Below, piece by piece: positions 63,395 through 64,000 of a DNA stretch of 64,000 bases. The stretch spans positions 22,682 through 86,681 of the forward strand of contig JBASTF010000206.1 of NCBI GenBank assembly GCA_049274755.1, given 5' to 3'. Source of the DNA: Rubrivivax sp. Lineage in GTDB: Bacteria > Pseudomonadota > Gammaproteobacteria > Burkholderiales > Burkholderiaceae_C. Numbering within the stretch: the first letter of the stretch is position 1; the number at the start of each line of letters is the position of its first letter. A program made the position numbers and the translations under genes. The notes below the pieces were generated by a model. The model searched no databases. It saw only the letters and a program-made list of their open reading frames with translations, and was not told the origin of the DNA.

Positions 63395-64000
63395 CGAGAC
63401 GGCAACTCACCATCAAGCCGAGCTGCATGCGGGAGATCACCACGTTCCCGTCTGAACGCGCTGCTCTGCTCTGGGAAAAGATCGATGCACTCGTATCAGA
63501 CCCACTCCCAGACGGGAAGGTGAAGAAGAAGCTCAAGGGTGCAGAAGGCGTCTACCGCATGCGCGTGACTGATCACCGCGTCTTCTATCGCTTTGGCGAC
63601 CACTGGATCAGCCTGCTCGGCATTCGGCGTCGCGCGGAAGACACCTACGACGGGGTACCAGACGGAACCGCGGAGGCCCCCACGCAGGTTGACACTGATG
63701 ACGATCTTGACGCGCTGATCGCGAAGGCGCAGCCGAAGGTCTTCGAATTCAAGACGACTGCGCCGGAAACGCCTCTACCCGAATCCATCACGAAGGAGCT
63801 CTTGCGTGAGCTCCGAGTGCCCATCGCGGCGGTGCCTACGCTCTTGCGCTGCGAGACAGAAGAGGCGTTGCTCGAAGCACCCGTGCCGCCTGATGTCCTC
63901 GGACGGGTAGTCGATCGGCTCTTCCCGCCAACCATTGATCGGCTCGACCAGCAGCCAGACCTTGTTGTCCCGTCCACCATGGACCTCGTCCGATACAAGG
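63391..64000 (+). CDS. 5'-partial gene: RelE/ParE-like N-terminal domain followed by a linker; it runs off the window and is probably the start of a large helicase-type protein
   Basis: My own translation from ATG 63391 is open to the window end. It reads 'MTRRQLTIKPSCMREITTFPSERAALLWEKIDALVSDPLPDGKVKKKLKGAEGVYRMRVTDHRVFYRFGDHWISLLGIRRRAEDTY...VVPSTMDLVRYK'. It is not in the ORF track because no stop lies inside the window. Confidence 0.7.
   Translation, partial: MTRRQLTIKPSCMREITTFPSERAALLWEKIDALVSDPLPDGKVKKKLKGAEGVYRMRVTDHRVFYRFGDHWISLLGIRRRAEDTYDGVPDGTAEAPTQVDTDDDLDALIAKAQPKVFEFKTTAPETPLPESITKELLRELRVPIAAVPTLLRCETEEALLEAPVPPDVLGRVVDRLFPPTIDRLDQQPDLVVPSTMDLVRYK

Larger units (their letters stand above)
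40453..64000. mobile_element. Integrase-associated accessory region (putative genomic island; boundaries and att sites not resolved)
   Basis: It contains an xis-int operon, XRE regulators and R-M/defence-type cargo. Codon composition dips in GC inside the methyltransferase gene. I found no flanking direct repeat or tRNA in the window. Confidence 0.4.

Noticed and set aside
1-64000. CRISPR arrays, rRNA genes, IS elements/transposases
   Set aside because: I noticed no regularly spaced direct repeats, no rRNA-like sequence, and no DDE-transposase-like ORF or terminal inverted repeats while reading the window.

Overview
The window is a strongly GC-rich proteobacterial chromosome segment; it looks beta-proteobacterial, judged only from gene content and composition. 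All family calls come from motifs read by eye in the supplied translations, with no searches run.

The window has three parts.

(1) 1-11.3 kb is an accessory patch. It holds a HipA-like kinase, a 62-nt initiator-tRNA(fMet) remnant with no D-arm, and a hipB-hipA pair. After an AT-rich promoter-like gap comes a translationally coupled 192-aa + 2000-aa gene pair. The giant product carries a complete tyrosine-recombinase catalytic domain plus a second, degenerate one.

(2) 11.8-33.4 kb is an ordinary, well-conserved anaerobic nitrate/NO block. It contains fdxA-DUF2249-nnrS, nsrR, three hemerythrin-type di-iron proteins, a nitroreductase and narX-narL. One long minus-strand operon carries three narK paralogues, narGHJI, a parvulin PPIase and a beta-carbonic anhydrase.

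(3) 33.4-64 kb is accessory or mobile DNA. It begins with a NYN/OST-HTH protein and a RelE-like/SF1-helicase/ankyrin fusion, followed by small secreted, nuclease-like and membrane genes. Next is a four-gene overlapping xis-int operon. From 43.7 kb to the window edge, eight co-directional genes all have overlapping stop/start codons.

That array is the best candidate for an undescribed system. It runs SNF2 helicase, PglX/type-ISP-like m6A methyltransferase, McrB-like GTPase, McrC-like nuclease, then two large unknown proteins. These two share a colinear 516-aa C-terminal module behind different heads: a LexA/S24 peptidase-like head and a sacsin-type GHKL ATPase head. A 327-aa unknown and a truncated RelE-like-N-terminus protein follow.

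No CRISPR array, rRNA gene or intact tRNA gene was seen. Many long ORFs in the track are GC-driven antisense or alternate-frame artefacts.
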